From: the human T2T-CHM13v2.0 reference genome, Homo sapiens
Strand: one strand, 5' to 3'
Assembly (NCBI RefSeq): GCF_009914755.1
Contig: NC_060948.1
DNA length: 64,000 nt
Below, piece after piece: positions 1 through 12,308 of this stretch. The position numbers and the translations under genes were made by a program. Each line of letters starts with the position of its first letter. Positions within the stretch are counted from its first letter, which is position 1. Below the pieces are notes generated by a model, which was not told where the DNA came from, searched no databases, and saw nothing but the letters and a program-made list of their open reading frames with translations.

Positions 1-2121
1 AACAGAGTGGAATGGAAAGTGTTGAGATAGAATGGAATGGACTCCTTTGGAATGGTGTAGTATGCAATGCAATCGACTGGCAGGGAATCAAAAGGAATGT
101 AATCGAATGGATTGGACTGGAATGCAATGGAATCGAATAGATTGGAAACGGAATGCAAAGGAATGGAATGGAATAGTATGGAATGCAATGGGAGGGAATG
201 GAGTGGAATAGACTAGAGTGGAATGGAATGGACTGGAAAGCAATGGACTGGAATGGAACTTTCTTGGATGGACTGGAATCAAACGGAATGGAATGCAATG
301 CAATCAAATGGCATGGAATAAAATAGAATGAAAGAGAATCAAATGGAATTGAATCGAATGGAATCGAATGGATTGGAAAGGAATAGAATGGAATGGAATG
401 GAATTGACTCAAATGGAATGGACTAGAATGGAATGGATTCGAATGGAAGGCAAAGGAATGGAATCTATTGGAATGGACTGTAATGGAATGGAATGGAAGG
501 GATTGGAATGGACTCGAATGGAATGGACTGCAATAGAAAGGACTCGAATGGAATGAAAAAGAATTGAATGGAATAGAACAGAATGGAATCAAATCGAATG
601 AAATGGAATGGAATAGAAAGGAATGGAATGAAATGGAATGGAAAGGATTCGAATGGAATGCAATCGAATGGAATGGAATCGAACGGAATGGAATAAAATG
701 GAAGAAAACTGGCAAGAAATGGAATCGAAATGAATGGAGTGTTATGGAACGGACTCAAAAGGAATTGAATGTAATAGAATGGAGTGGAGTGGACTCGAAT
801 ATAATAGACTGGAATGGAATGAAATCACATGGAATTGGAACGAATGGAATGGAATGGAAAGGAATGGAATCGAATGGAAAGGAATCGAATGGAAGGGAAT
901 GAAATTGAATCAACAGGAATGGAAGGGAATAGAATAGACGGTAATGGAATGGACTCGAATAGAATGGACACGAAAGCTCAAATTGAATGGACTCGAATGG
1001 AATGGAAACGAAAGGAATGTCATCGAATGGAATTGAATCGATTGGAATGAAATCGCATAGAATGGAGTGGAATCAAATGGAATTGAATCGAAAGGAAAGG
1101 AAGCGAATGGACTGAAATGAAATGGAATGGAATTGAATGGAAAGTAATGCAATGGAATAGAATGGAACGAAATTTCACGGAATGGAATCAAACTGAATGG
1201 AATCAAATCAATGGAATCAAATCAAATGGAATGGAATGGAATTGAATGGAGTAGATTGGATTGGATGGGATTGGAATGAAATGTACTGGAAAGGACTCGA
1301 ATTTCATGAAACGGAATGGAATGAATTGGAACGGAATGGACTCGAATGGAATGGAATGTCATGGAATGGCATCAAATGGAATGGCATCAAATGGAATGGA
1401 ATCGAATGCAATGGAATGCTATGGAATGGAATGGAATGCATTGGAATGGAATGTCCTCTAATGGAATGGATTCGAGTGGAATGGAATTGAATATAATGGA
1501 GTCGAATGAAATGGAATTGAAAGGAATGGGATCGAATACAATGGAATATACTGGAATGTAACGTAATGAACTCGAATGTAATTGACTGGAATGGAATGTA
1601 CATGAATGGAATGTAATCGAATGGAAAGTAATCGAATGGAATAGAATCTAATGCAATAAAATCGACTCAGATAGAGTAGAATGTAATGGAATGGAGTGCA
1701 GTGCAATGGAATGGAATGGAATGGAATGCAATGGAATGGAATGGAATGGAATGGAATGGGATGGAATGGTATGGAATGGATAGTAATGGACTGGAGTGAA
1801 ATGGACTGGAAAGGAATGGACTCAAATGGAAAGGGCTCGAAAGGAATGGAGACAAATGGAATGGTCTGGAATGGAATGAACACGAATGTAATGCAATCCA
1901 ATAGAATGGAGTCGAATGGCATGGAATATAAAGAAATGGAATCGAAGAGAATGGAAACAAATGGAATGGAATTGAATGGAATGGAATTGAATGGAATGGG
2001 AACGAATGGAGTGAAATTGTATGCAGTAGAAGAGAATAGAATGGAATGCAAGCGAAAGGAAAGGAATGGATTGGAATGGAATGGAATTCATTGGAATGGA
2101 AGGGAATGTAGTGTAATGGAC
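1..2121 (+). repeat. Partial DYZ1 unit (window start to first StuI site)
   Basis: Colinear with the last ~2.1 kb of each complete unit, e.g. 3540-5645. Confidence 0.9.
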
Positions 2122-2497
2122 AGGCCTGGAATAAAGTGGAATGCTACGGTCTCGAATGGAATAAAAATGTATGGAATGGAATGCAATGAAACGGAATCGA
2201 ATGTCATAGAATGTAATGGAATGCAAAAAAATGGAATCCAAAATCATTGACTGGAAAGGCTGGGTGTCGAAAGGAATTGACTCCAATGGAATGGAATCGA
2301 ATGGAATGGAAGTGAATAGAATCGAACTAAATCGAATGGAATGGAATTGATAGGAACGGAATGGAAAGGAATGCAATGATTTGGCATGGAATGGAATCGA
2401 ATGGCATCGAATGGAATGGAATGGAATGCAATGGAATGGAATGTATTAGAATGTAATGAACTTTAATGGAATGTACTCGAATGGATTCGACTGGAAT

Positions 2498-2512
2498 GGA
2501 ATGTTCTGGAAG
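2498..2512. promoter_or_regulatory. Perfect heat-shock element match nGAAnnTTCnnGAAn (HSE-a), repeated once per unit
   Basis: gGAAt-gTTCt-gGAAg; the same word recurs in each unit (e.g. ~6022, ~9141, ~62496). Motif match only; binding is not shown by the sequence. Confidence 0.55.
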
Positions 2513-2777
2513 TGAATGGACTCCAATGGAATGGATTCAAAAGGAATGGAATCGTACGGAATGGAATCTAATGGAATGGAATTAAATGGAAATGAATCAA
2601 ATTGAATAGCACGGAATTGAATTGAATGGAATGGAATGCAATGGAATCTAATGAAACGGAAAGGAAAGGAATGGAATGGAATGGAATGGGCTGGAATGGA
2701 AAGGAATCGAAACGAATGGAATGGAATCGAAGTGAAGAGACTGGAATGGAATGCACTGGAATGGAAGGGAGTGTAAT

Positions 2778-2792
2778 GGAAGGTTCTCGAAA
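2778..2792. promoter_or_regulatory. Perfect heat-shock element match (HSE-b), repeated once per unit
   Basis: gGAAg-gTTCt-cGAAa; recurs in each unit. Motif match only. Confidence 0.55.
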
Positions 2793-3793
2793 AAAATGGA
2801 ATCGAATGGAATGGAATTGAATGGAACGGAATAGAGTCGAATGGAATTGAATGGAATGGAATGGACTAGAGTGAAATGGAATCGAACCACAAGGAATGGA
2901 CAGGAATAGAATGGTCTCGAATTGAATGGAATCGTATGGAATGGCATCAAACGGAATGGAATGGACAGCCACGGAATGGAATGCACTCGAATGCAATGGA
3001 GTCGAAACTAATGGACTGGAATAGAATGGACTCGACTGGTACGGACTCCAATGGAATGGAATCGAATGGAAGGGAATCGAACGGAATGGACTCGAAGGGA
3101 AAAGACTGCAATGGAAAGGTCTCGAATGGAATGGAAATTAATGGAATGGAATGGAATCGAATGAAATGGAGTCAAAAGGAATGGATTCGAATGGCAAGAA
3201 ATCGAATGTAATGGAATCGCCAGGAACTGATGTGAACGGAACGGAATGGAATGGAATCCAAAGGAATGGAATAGAATGGAATGGAATCGAATGGAAAGGA
3301 CTCGAATGGAAATCACTCGAATAGAATGCAATTTAATAAAATAGGATCAAATGTAATGGAATGGAATGGAAAGGAATCGAAACGAAAGGAATGGAGACAG
3401 ATGGAATGGAATGGAACAGAGAGCAATGGTATAGAATGGAATGGAATCATCTGGAATGGAATTGAATGGAATGGAATAATATGAAATGGAATGGAATGGA
3501 ATGGAATGGAATGCCCTTGAATTAAATGGACTGGACTCGAACAGAGTGGAATGGAAAGTGTTGAGACAGAATGGAATGGACTCCTTTGGAATGGTCTAGT
3601 ATGCAATGCAATCGACGGGCAGGGAATCAAAAGGAATGTAATGGAATGGATTGGACTGGAATGCAATGGACTCGAATAGATTGGAAACGGAATGCAAAGG
3701 AATGGATTGGAATAGTATGGAATGGAATGGAAAGGAATGGAGTGGAATAGACTAGAGTGGAATGGAATGGACTGGAAAGCAATGGACTGGAAT

Positions 3794-3808
3794 GGAACAT
3801 TCTTGAAT
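3794..3808. promoter_or_regulatory. Perfect heat-shock element match (HSE-c), polymorphic between units
   Basis: gGAAc-aTTCt-tGAAt here; usually gGAAc-tTTCt-tGAAt (e.g. 10442-10456). Motif match only. Confidence 0.5.
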
Positions 3809-5645
3809 GGACTGGAATCAAACGGAATGGAATGCAATGCAATCAAATGGCATGGAATAAAATAGAATGAAAGAGAATCAAATGGAATTGAATCGAATGG
3901 AATCGAATGGATTGGAAAGGAATAGAATGGAATGGAATGGAATTGACTCAAATGGAATGGACTAGAATGGAATGGATTCGAATGGAAGGCAAAGGAATGG
4001 AATCTATTGGAATGGACTGTAATGGAATGGAATGGAAAGGATTGGAATGGACTCGAATGGAATGGACTGCAATAGAAAGGATTCGAATGGAATGAAAAAG
4101 AATTGAATGGAATAGAACAGAATGGAATCAAATCGAATGAAATGGAATGGAATAGAAAGGAATGGAATGAAATGGAATGGAAAGGATTCGAATGGAATGC
4201 AATCGAATGGAATGGAATCGAACGGAATGGAATAAAATGGAAGAAAACTGGCAAGAAATGGAATCGAAATGAATGGAGTGTTATGGAACGGACTCAAAAG
4301 GAATTGAATGTAATAGAATGGAGTGGAGTGGACTCGAATATAATGGACTGGAATGGAATGAAATCACATGGAATGGGAACGAATGGAATGGAATGGAAAG
4401 GAATGGAATCGAATGGAAAGGAATCGAATGGAAGGGAATGAAACTGAATCAAAAGGAATGGAAGGGAATAGAATAGACGGTAATGGAATGGACTCGAATA
4501 GAATGGACACGAATGCTCAAATTGAATGGACTCGAATGGAATGGAAACGAAAGGAATGTCATCGAATGGAATTGAATCGATTGGAATGAAATCGCATAGA
4601 ATGGAGTGGAATCAAATGGAATTGAATCGAAAGGAAAGGAAGCGAATGGACTGAAATGAAATGGAATGGAATTGAATGGAAAGTAATGCAATGGAATAGA
4701 ATGGAACGAAATTTCACGGAATGGAATCAAACTGAATGGAATCAAATCAATGGAATCAAATCAAATGGAATGGAAAGGAATTGAATGGAGTAGATGGGAC
4801 TGGATGGGATTGGAATGAAATGTACTGGAAAGGACTCGAATTTCATGAAACGGAATGGAATGAATTGGAACGGAATGGACTCGAATGGAATGGAATGTCA
4901 TGGAATGGCATCAAATGGAATGGCATCAAATGGAATGGAATCGAATGCAATGGAATGCTATGGAATGGAATGGAATGCATTGGAATGGAATGTCCTCTAA
5001 TGGAATGGATTCGAGTGGAATGGAATCGAATATAATGGAGTCGAATGAAATGGAATTGAAAGGAATGGGATCGAATACAAGGGAATATACTGGAATGTAA
5101 CGTAATGAACTCGAATGTAATTGACTGGAATGGAATGTACATGAATGGAATGTAATCGAATGGAAAGTAATCCAATGGAATAGAATCTAATGCAATAAAA
5201 TCGACTCAGATAGAGTAGAATGTAATGGAATGGAGTGCAGTGCAATGGAATGGAATGGAATGGAATGCAATGGAATGGAATGGGATGGAATGGTATGGAA
5301 TGGATAGTAATGGACTGGAGTGAAATGGACTGGAAAGGAATGGACTCAAATTGAAAGGGCTCGAAAGGAATGGAGACAAACGGAATGGTCTGGAATGGAA
5401 TGAACACGAATGTAATGCAATCCAATAGAATGGAGTCGAATGGCATGGAATATAAAGAAATGGAATCGAAGAGAATGGAAACAAATGGAATGGAATTGAA
5501 TGGAATGGAATTGAATGGAATGGGAACGAATGGAGTGAAATTGTATGCAGTAGAAGAGAATAGAATGGAATGCAAGCGAAAGGAAAGGAATGGATTGGAA
5601 TGGAATGGAATTCATTGGAATGGAAGGGAATGTAGTGTAATGGAC

Positions 5646-8600
5646 AGGCCTGGAATAAAGTGGAATGCTACGGTCTCGAATGGAATAAAAATGTATGGAA
5701 TGGAATGCAATGAAACGGAATCGAATGTCATAGAATGTAATGGAATGCAAAAAAATGGAATCCAAATTCATTGACTGGAAAGGCTGGGTGTCGAAAGGAA
5801 TTGACTCCAATGGAATGGAATCGAATGGAATGGAAGTGAATAGAATCGAACTAAATCGAATGGAATGGAATTGATAGGAACGGAATGGAAAGGATTGCAA
5901 TGATTTGGCATGGAATGGAATCGAATGGCATCGAATGGAATGGAATGGAATGCAATGGAATGGAATGTATTAGAATGTAATGAACTTTAATGGAATGTAC
6001 TCGAATGGATTCGACTGGAATGGAATGTTCTGGAAGTGAATGGACTCCAATGGAATGGATTCCAAAGGAATGGAATCGTACGGAATGGAATCTAATGGAA
6101 TGGAATTAAATGGAAATGAATCAAATTGAATAGCACGGAATTGAATTGAATGGAATGGAATGCAATGGAATCTAATGAAACGGAAAGGAAAGGAATGGAA
6201 TGGAATGGAATGGGCTGGAATGGAAAGGAATCGAAACGAATGGAATGGAATCGAACTGAAGAGACTGGAATGGAATGCACTGGAATGGAAGGGAGTGTAA
6301 TGGAAGGTTCTCGAAAAAAATGGAATCGAATGGAATGGAATTGAATGGAACGGAATAGAGTCGAATGGAATTGAATGGAATGGAATGGACTAGAGTGAAA
6401 TGGAATCGAACCACAAGGAATGGACAGGAATAGAATGGTCTCGAATTGAATGGAATCGTATGGAATGGCATCAAACGGAATGGAATGGACAGCCACGGAA
6501 TGGAATGCACTCGAATGCAATGGAGTCGAAACTAATGGACTGGAATAGAATGGACTCGACTGGTACGGACTCCAATGGAATGGAATCGAATGGAAGGGAA
6601 TCGAACGGAATGGACTCGAAGGGAAAAGACTGCAATGGAAAGGTCTCGAATGGAATGGAAATTAATGGAATGGAATGGAATCGAATGAAATGGAGTCAAA
6701 AGGAATGGAATCGAATGGCAAGAAATCGAATGTAATGGAATCGCAAGGAATTGATGTGAACGGAACGGAATGGAATGGAATCCAAAGGAATGGAATAGAA
6801 TGGAATGGAATCGAATGGAAAGGACTCGAATGGAAATCACTCGAATAGAATGCAATTTAATAAAATAGGATCAAATGTAATGGAATGGAATGGAAAGGAA
6901 TCGAAACGAAAGGAATGGAGACAGATGGAATGGAATGGAACAGAGAGCAATGGTATAGAATGGAATGGAATCATCTGGAATGGAATTGAATGGAATGGAA
7001 TAATATGAAATGGAATGGAATGGAATGGAATGGAATGCCCTTGAATTAAATGGACTGGACTCGAACAGAGTGGAATGGAAAGTGTTGAGATAGAATGGAA
7101 TGGACTCCTTTGGAATGGTCTAGTATGCAATGCAATCGACTGGCAGGGAATCAAAAGGAATGTAATGGAATGGATTGGACTGGAATGCAATGGACTCGAA
7201 TAGATTGGAGACGGAATGCAAAGGAATGGAATGGAATAGTATGGAATGGAAAGAAATGGAATGGAATGGATTCGAATGGAATGCAATCGAATGGAATGGA
7301 ATCTAACGGAATGGAATAAAATGGAAGAAAACTGGCAAGAAATGGAATCGAAATGAGTGGAGTGTTATGGAAGGGACTCAAAAGGAATTGAATGTAATAG
7401 AATGGAGTGGAGTGGACTCGAATATAATGGACTGGAATGGAATGAAATCACATGGAATGGGAACGAATGGAATGGAATGGAAAGGAATGGAATCGAATGG
7501 AAAGGAATCGAATGGAAGGGAATGAAATTGAATCAACAGGAATGGAAGGGAATAGAATAGACGGTAATGGAATGGACTCGAATAGAATGGACACGAATGC
7601 TCAAATTAAATGGACTCGAATGGAATGGAAACGAAAGGAATGTCATCGAAAGGAATTGAATGGATTGGAGTGAAATCGCATAGAATGGAGTGGAATCAAA
7701 TGGAATTGAATCGAAAGGAAAGGAAGCGAATGGACTGAAATGAAATGGAATGGAATTGAATGGAAACTAATGCAATGGAATAGAATGGAACGAAATTTCA
7801 CGGAATGGAATCAAACTGAATGGAATCAAATCAATGGAATCAAATCAAATGGAATGGAAAGGAATTGAATGGAGTAGATGGGATTGGATGGGATTGGAAT
7901 GAAATGTACTGGAAAGGACTCGAATTTCATGAAACGGAATGGAATGAATTGGAACGGAATGGACTCGAATGGAATGGAATGTCATGGAATGGCATCAAAT
8001 GGAATGGCATCAAATGGAATGGAATCGAATGCAATGGAATGCTATGGAATGGAATGGAATGCATTGGAATGGAATGTCCTCTAATGGAATGGATTCGAGT
8101 GGAATGGAATCGAATATAATGGAGTCGAATGAAATGGAATTGAAAGGAATGGGATCGAATACAATGGAATATACTGGAATGTAACGTAATGAACTCGAAT
8201 GTAATTGACTGGAATGGAATGTACATGAATGGAATGTATTCGAATGGAAAGTAATCCAATGGAATAGAATCTAATGCAATAAAATCGACTCATATAATGT
8301 AGAATGTAATGGAATGGAGTGCAGTGCAATGGAATGGAATGGAATGGAATGCAATGGAATGGAATGGAATGGAATGGAATGGAATGGAATGGAATGGAAT
8401 GGGATGGAATTGTATGGAATGGATAGTAATGGACTGGATTGAAATGGACTGGAAAGGAATGGACTCAAATTGAAAGGGCTCGAAAGGAATGGAGTCAAAT
8501 GGAATGGTCTGGAATGGAATGAACACGAATGTAATGCAACCCAATAGAATGGAATCGAATGGCATGGAATATAAAGAAATGGAATCGAAGAGAATGGAAA

Positions 8601-8764
8601 CAAATGGAATGGAATTGAATGGAATGGAATTGAATGGAATGGGAACGAATGGTGTGAAATTGTATGCAGTAGAAGAGAATAGAATGGAATGCAAGCGAAA
8701 GGAAAGGAATGGATTGGAATGGAATGGAATTCATTGGAATGGAAGGGAATGTAGTGTAATGGAC
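5646..8764 (+). repeat. DYZ1 unit 2 (3119 bp), carries a 440-bp internal deletion
   Basis: AGGCCT at 5646 and 8765; spacing from AATAGTATGG to AAGAAAACTG is 90 bp (7235 to 7325) versus 530 bp (3711 to 4241) in the previous unit. Confidence 0.9.
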
Positions 8765-11700
8765 AGGCCTGGAATAAAGTGGAATGATACGGTCTCGAAT
8801 GGAATAAAAATGTATGGAATGGAATGCAATGAAACGGAATCGAATGTCATAGAATGTAATGGAATGCAAAAAAATGGAATCCAAAATCATTGACAGGAAA
8901 GGATGGGTGTCGAAAGGAATTGACTCCAATGGAATGGAATCGAATGGAATGGAAGTGAATAGAATCGAACTAAATCGAATGGAATGGAATTGATAGGAAC
9001 GGAATGGAAAGGAATGCAATGATTTGGCATGGAATGGAATCGAATGGCATCGAATGGAATGGAATGGAATGCAATGGAATGGAATGTATTAGAATGTAAT
9101 GAACTTTAATGGAATGTACTCGAATGGATTCGACTGGAATGGAATGTTCTGGAAGTAAATGGACTCCAATGGAATGGATTCAAAAGGAATGGAATAGTAC
9201 GGAATGGAATCTAATGGAATGGAATTAAATGGAAATGAATCAAATTGAATAGCACGGAATTGAATTGAATGGAATGGAATGCAATGGAATCTAATGAAAC
9301 GGAAAGGAAAGGAATGGAATGGAATGGAATGGGCTGGAATGGAAAGGAATCGAAACGAATGGAATGGAATCGAACTGAAGAGACTGGAATGGAATGCACT
9401 GGAATGGAAGGGGGTGTAATGGAAGGTTCTCGAAAAAAATGGAATCGAATGGAATGCAATTGAATGGAACGGAATAGAGTCGAATGCAATTGAATGGAAT
9501 GGAATGGACTAGAGTGAAATGGAATCGAACCACAAGGAATGGACAGGAATAGAATGGTCTCGAATTGAATGGAATCGTATGGAATGGCATCAAACGGAAT
9601 GGAATGGACAGCCACGGAATGGAATGCACTCGAATGCAATGGAGTCGAAACTAATGGACTGGAATAGAATGGACTCGACTGGTACGGACTCCAATGGAAT
9701 GGAATCGAATGGAAGGGAATCGAACGGAATGGACTCGAAGGGAAAAGACTGCAATGGAAAGGTCTCGAATGGAATGGAAATTAATGGAATGGAATGGAAT
9801 CGAATGAAATGGAGGCAAAAGGAATGGAATCGAATGGCAAGAAATCGAATGTAATGGAATCGCAAGGAATTGATGTGAATGGAACGGAATGGAATGGAAT
9901 CCAAAGGAATGGAATAGAATGGAATGGAATCGAATGCAAAGGACTCGAATGGAAATCACTCGAATAGAATGCAATTTAATAAAATAGGATCAAATGTAAT
10001 GGAATGGAATGGAAAGGAATCGAAACGAAAGGAATGGAGACAGATGGAATGGAATGGAACAGAGAGCAATGGTATAGAATGGAATGGAATCATCTAGAAT
10101 GTAATTGAATGGAATGGAATAATATGAAATGGAATGGAATGGAATGGAATGCCCTTGAATTAAATGGACTGGAATGGAATGGACTCGAACAGAGTGGAAT
10201 GGAAAGTGTTGAGATAGAATGGAATGGACTCCTTTGGAATGGTGTAGTATGCAATGCAATCGACTGGCAGGGAATCAAAAGGAATGTAATCGAATGGATT
10301 GGACTGGAATGCAATGGACTCGAATAGATTGGAAACGGAATGCAAAGGAATGGAATGGAATAGTATGGAATGGAATGGAAAGGAATGGAGTGGAATAGAC
10401 TAGAGTGGAATGGAATGGACTCGAAAGCAATGGACTGGAATGGAACTTTCTTGAATGGACTGGAACCAAACGGAATGGAATGCAATGCAATCAAATGGCA
10501 TGGAATAAGATAGAATTAAAGAGAATCAAATGGAATTGAACCGAATGGAATCGAATGGATTGGAAAGGAATAGAATGGAATGGAATGGAATTGACTCAAA
10601 TGGAATGGACTAGAATGGAATGGATTCGAATGGAAGGCAAAGGAATGGAATCTATTGGAATGGACTGTAATGGAATGGAATGGAAGGGATTGGAATGGAC
10701 TCGAATGGAATGGACTGCAATAGAAAGGATTCGAATGGAATGAAAAAGAATTGAATGGAATAGAACAGAATGGAATCAAATCGAATGAAATGGAATGGAA
10801 TAGAAAGGAATGGAATGAAATGGAATGGAAAGGATTCGAATGGAATGCAATCGAATGGAATGGAATCGAACGGAATGGAATAAAATGGAAGAAAACTGGC
10901 AAGAAATGGAATCGAAATGAATGGAGTGTTATGGAATGGACTCAAAAGGAATTGAATGTAATAGAATGGAGTGGAGTGGACTCGAATATAATGGACTGGA
11001 ATGGAATGAAATCACATGGAAAGGGAACAAATGGAATGGAATGGAAAGGAATGGAATTGAATGGAAAGGAATCGAACGGAAGGGAATGAAATTGAATCAA
11101 CAGGAATGGAAGGGAATAGAATAGACGGTAATGGAATGGACTCGAATAGAATGGACACGAATGCTCAAATTGAATGGACTCGAATGAAATGGATACGAAA
11201 GGAATGTCATCGAATGGAATTGAATCGATTGGAATGAAATCGCATAGAATGGAGTGGAATCAAATGGAATTGAATCGAAAGGAAAGGAAGCTAATGGACT
11301 GAAATGAAATGGAATGGAATTGAATGGAAAGTAATGCAATGGAATAGAATGGAACGAAATTTCACGGTATGGAATCAAACTGAATGGAATCAAATCAATG
11401 GAATCAAATCAAATGGAATGGAAAGGAATTGAATGGAGTAGATGGGATTGGATGGGATTGGAATGAAATGTACTGGAAAGGACTCGAATTTCATGAAACG
11501 GAATGGAATGAATTGGAACGGAATGGACACGAATGGAATGGAATGTCATGGAATGGCATCAAATGGAATGGCATCAAATGGAATGGAATCGAATGCAATG
11601 GAATGCTATGGAATGGAATGGAATGCATTGGAATGGAATGTCCTCTAATGGAATGGATTCGAGTGGAATGGAATCGAATATAATGGAATCGAATTAAATG

Positions 11701-12308
11701 GAATTGAAAGGAATGGGACCGAATACAATGGAATATACTGGAATGTAATGTAATGAACTCGAATGTAATTGACTGGAATTGAATGTACATGAATGGAATG
11801 TAATCGAATGGAAAGTAATCCAATGGAATAGAATCTAATGCAATAAAATCGACACAAATAGAGTAGAATGTAATGGAATGGAGTGCAGTGCAATGGAATG
11901 GAATGGAATGGAATGCAATGGAATGGAATGGAATGGAATGGAATGGGATGGAATGGGATGGAATGGATAGTAATGGACTGGAGTGAAATGGACTGGAAAG
12001 GAATGGACTCAAATGGAAAGGGCTCGAAGGGAATGGAGACTAATGGAATGGTCTGGAATGGAATGAACACGAATTTAATGCAATCCAATAGAATGGAGTC
12101 GAATGGCATGGAATATAAAGAAATGGAATCGAAGAGAATGGAAACAAATGGAATGGAATTGAATGGAATGGAATTGAATGGAATGGGAACGAATGGAGTG
12201 AAATTGTATGCAGTAGAAGAGAATAGAATGGAATGCAAGCGAAAGGAAAGGAATGGATTGGAATGGAATGGAATTCATTGGAATGGAAGGGAATGTAGTG
12301 TAATGGAC
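8765..12308 (+). repeat. DYZ1 unit 3 (3544 bp)
   Basis: AGGCCT at 8765 and 12309. Confidence 0.9.

Larger units (their letters stand above)
2122..5645 (+). repeat. DYZ1 unit 1 (3524 bp)
   Basis: AGGCCT at 2122 and 5646; short pure-GGAAT tract at ~5245-5285. Confidence 0.9.

Noticed and set aside
1255-1275. G-quadruplex candidates around GGATTGGATGGGATTGG
   Set aside because: Fewer than four G3 runs. The non-B structure described for (GGAAT)n is a generic property of the satellite, not a local feature.
1298-1312. Possible fourth HSE at CGAATTTCATGAAA
   Set aside because: Only one base separates GAA and TTC, so the spacing does not fit nGAAnnTTCnnGAAn; only two units are in register.
2377-2387. 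DUX4-like site TGATTTGGCAT
   Set aside because: It deviates from the TGATTRRRTTA consensus at several positions; DUX4 binding is described mainly for HSATII.
2655-2675. GGAA microsatellite of the EWS-FLI1 response type
   Set aside because: Only two or three GGAAA pentamers; the tandem tetranucleotide (GGAA)n needed is absent.
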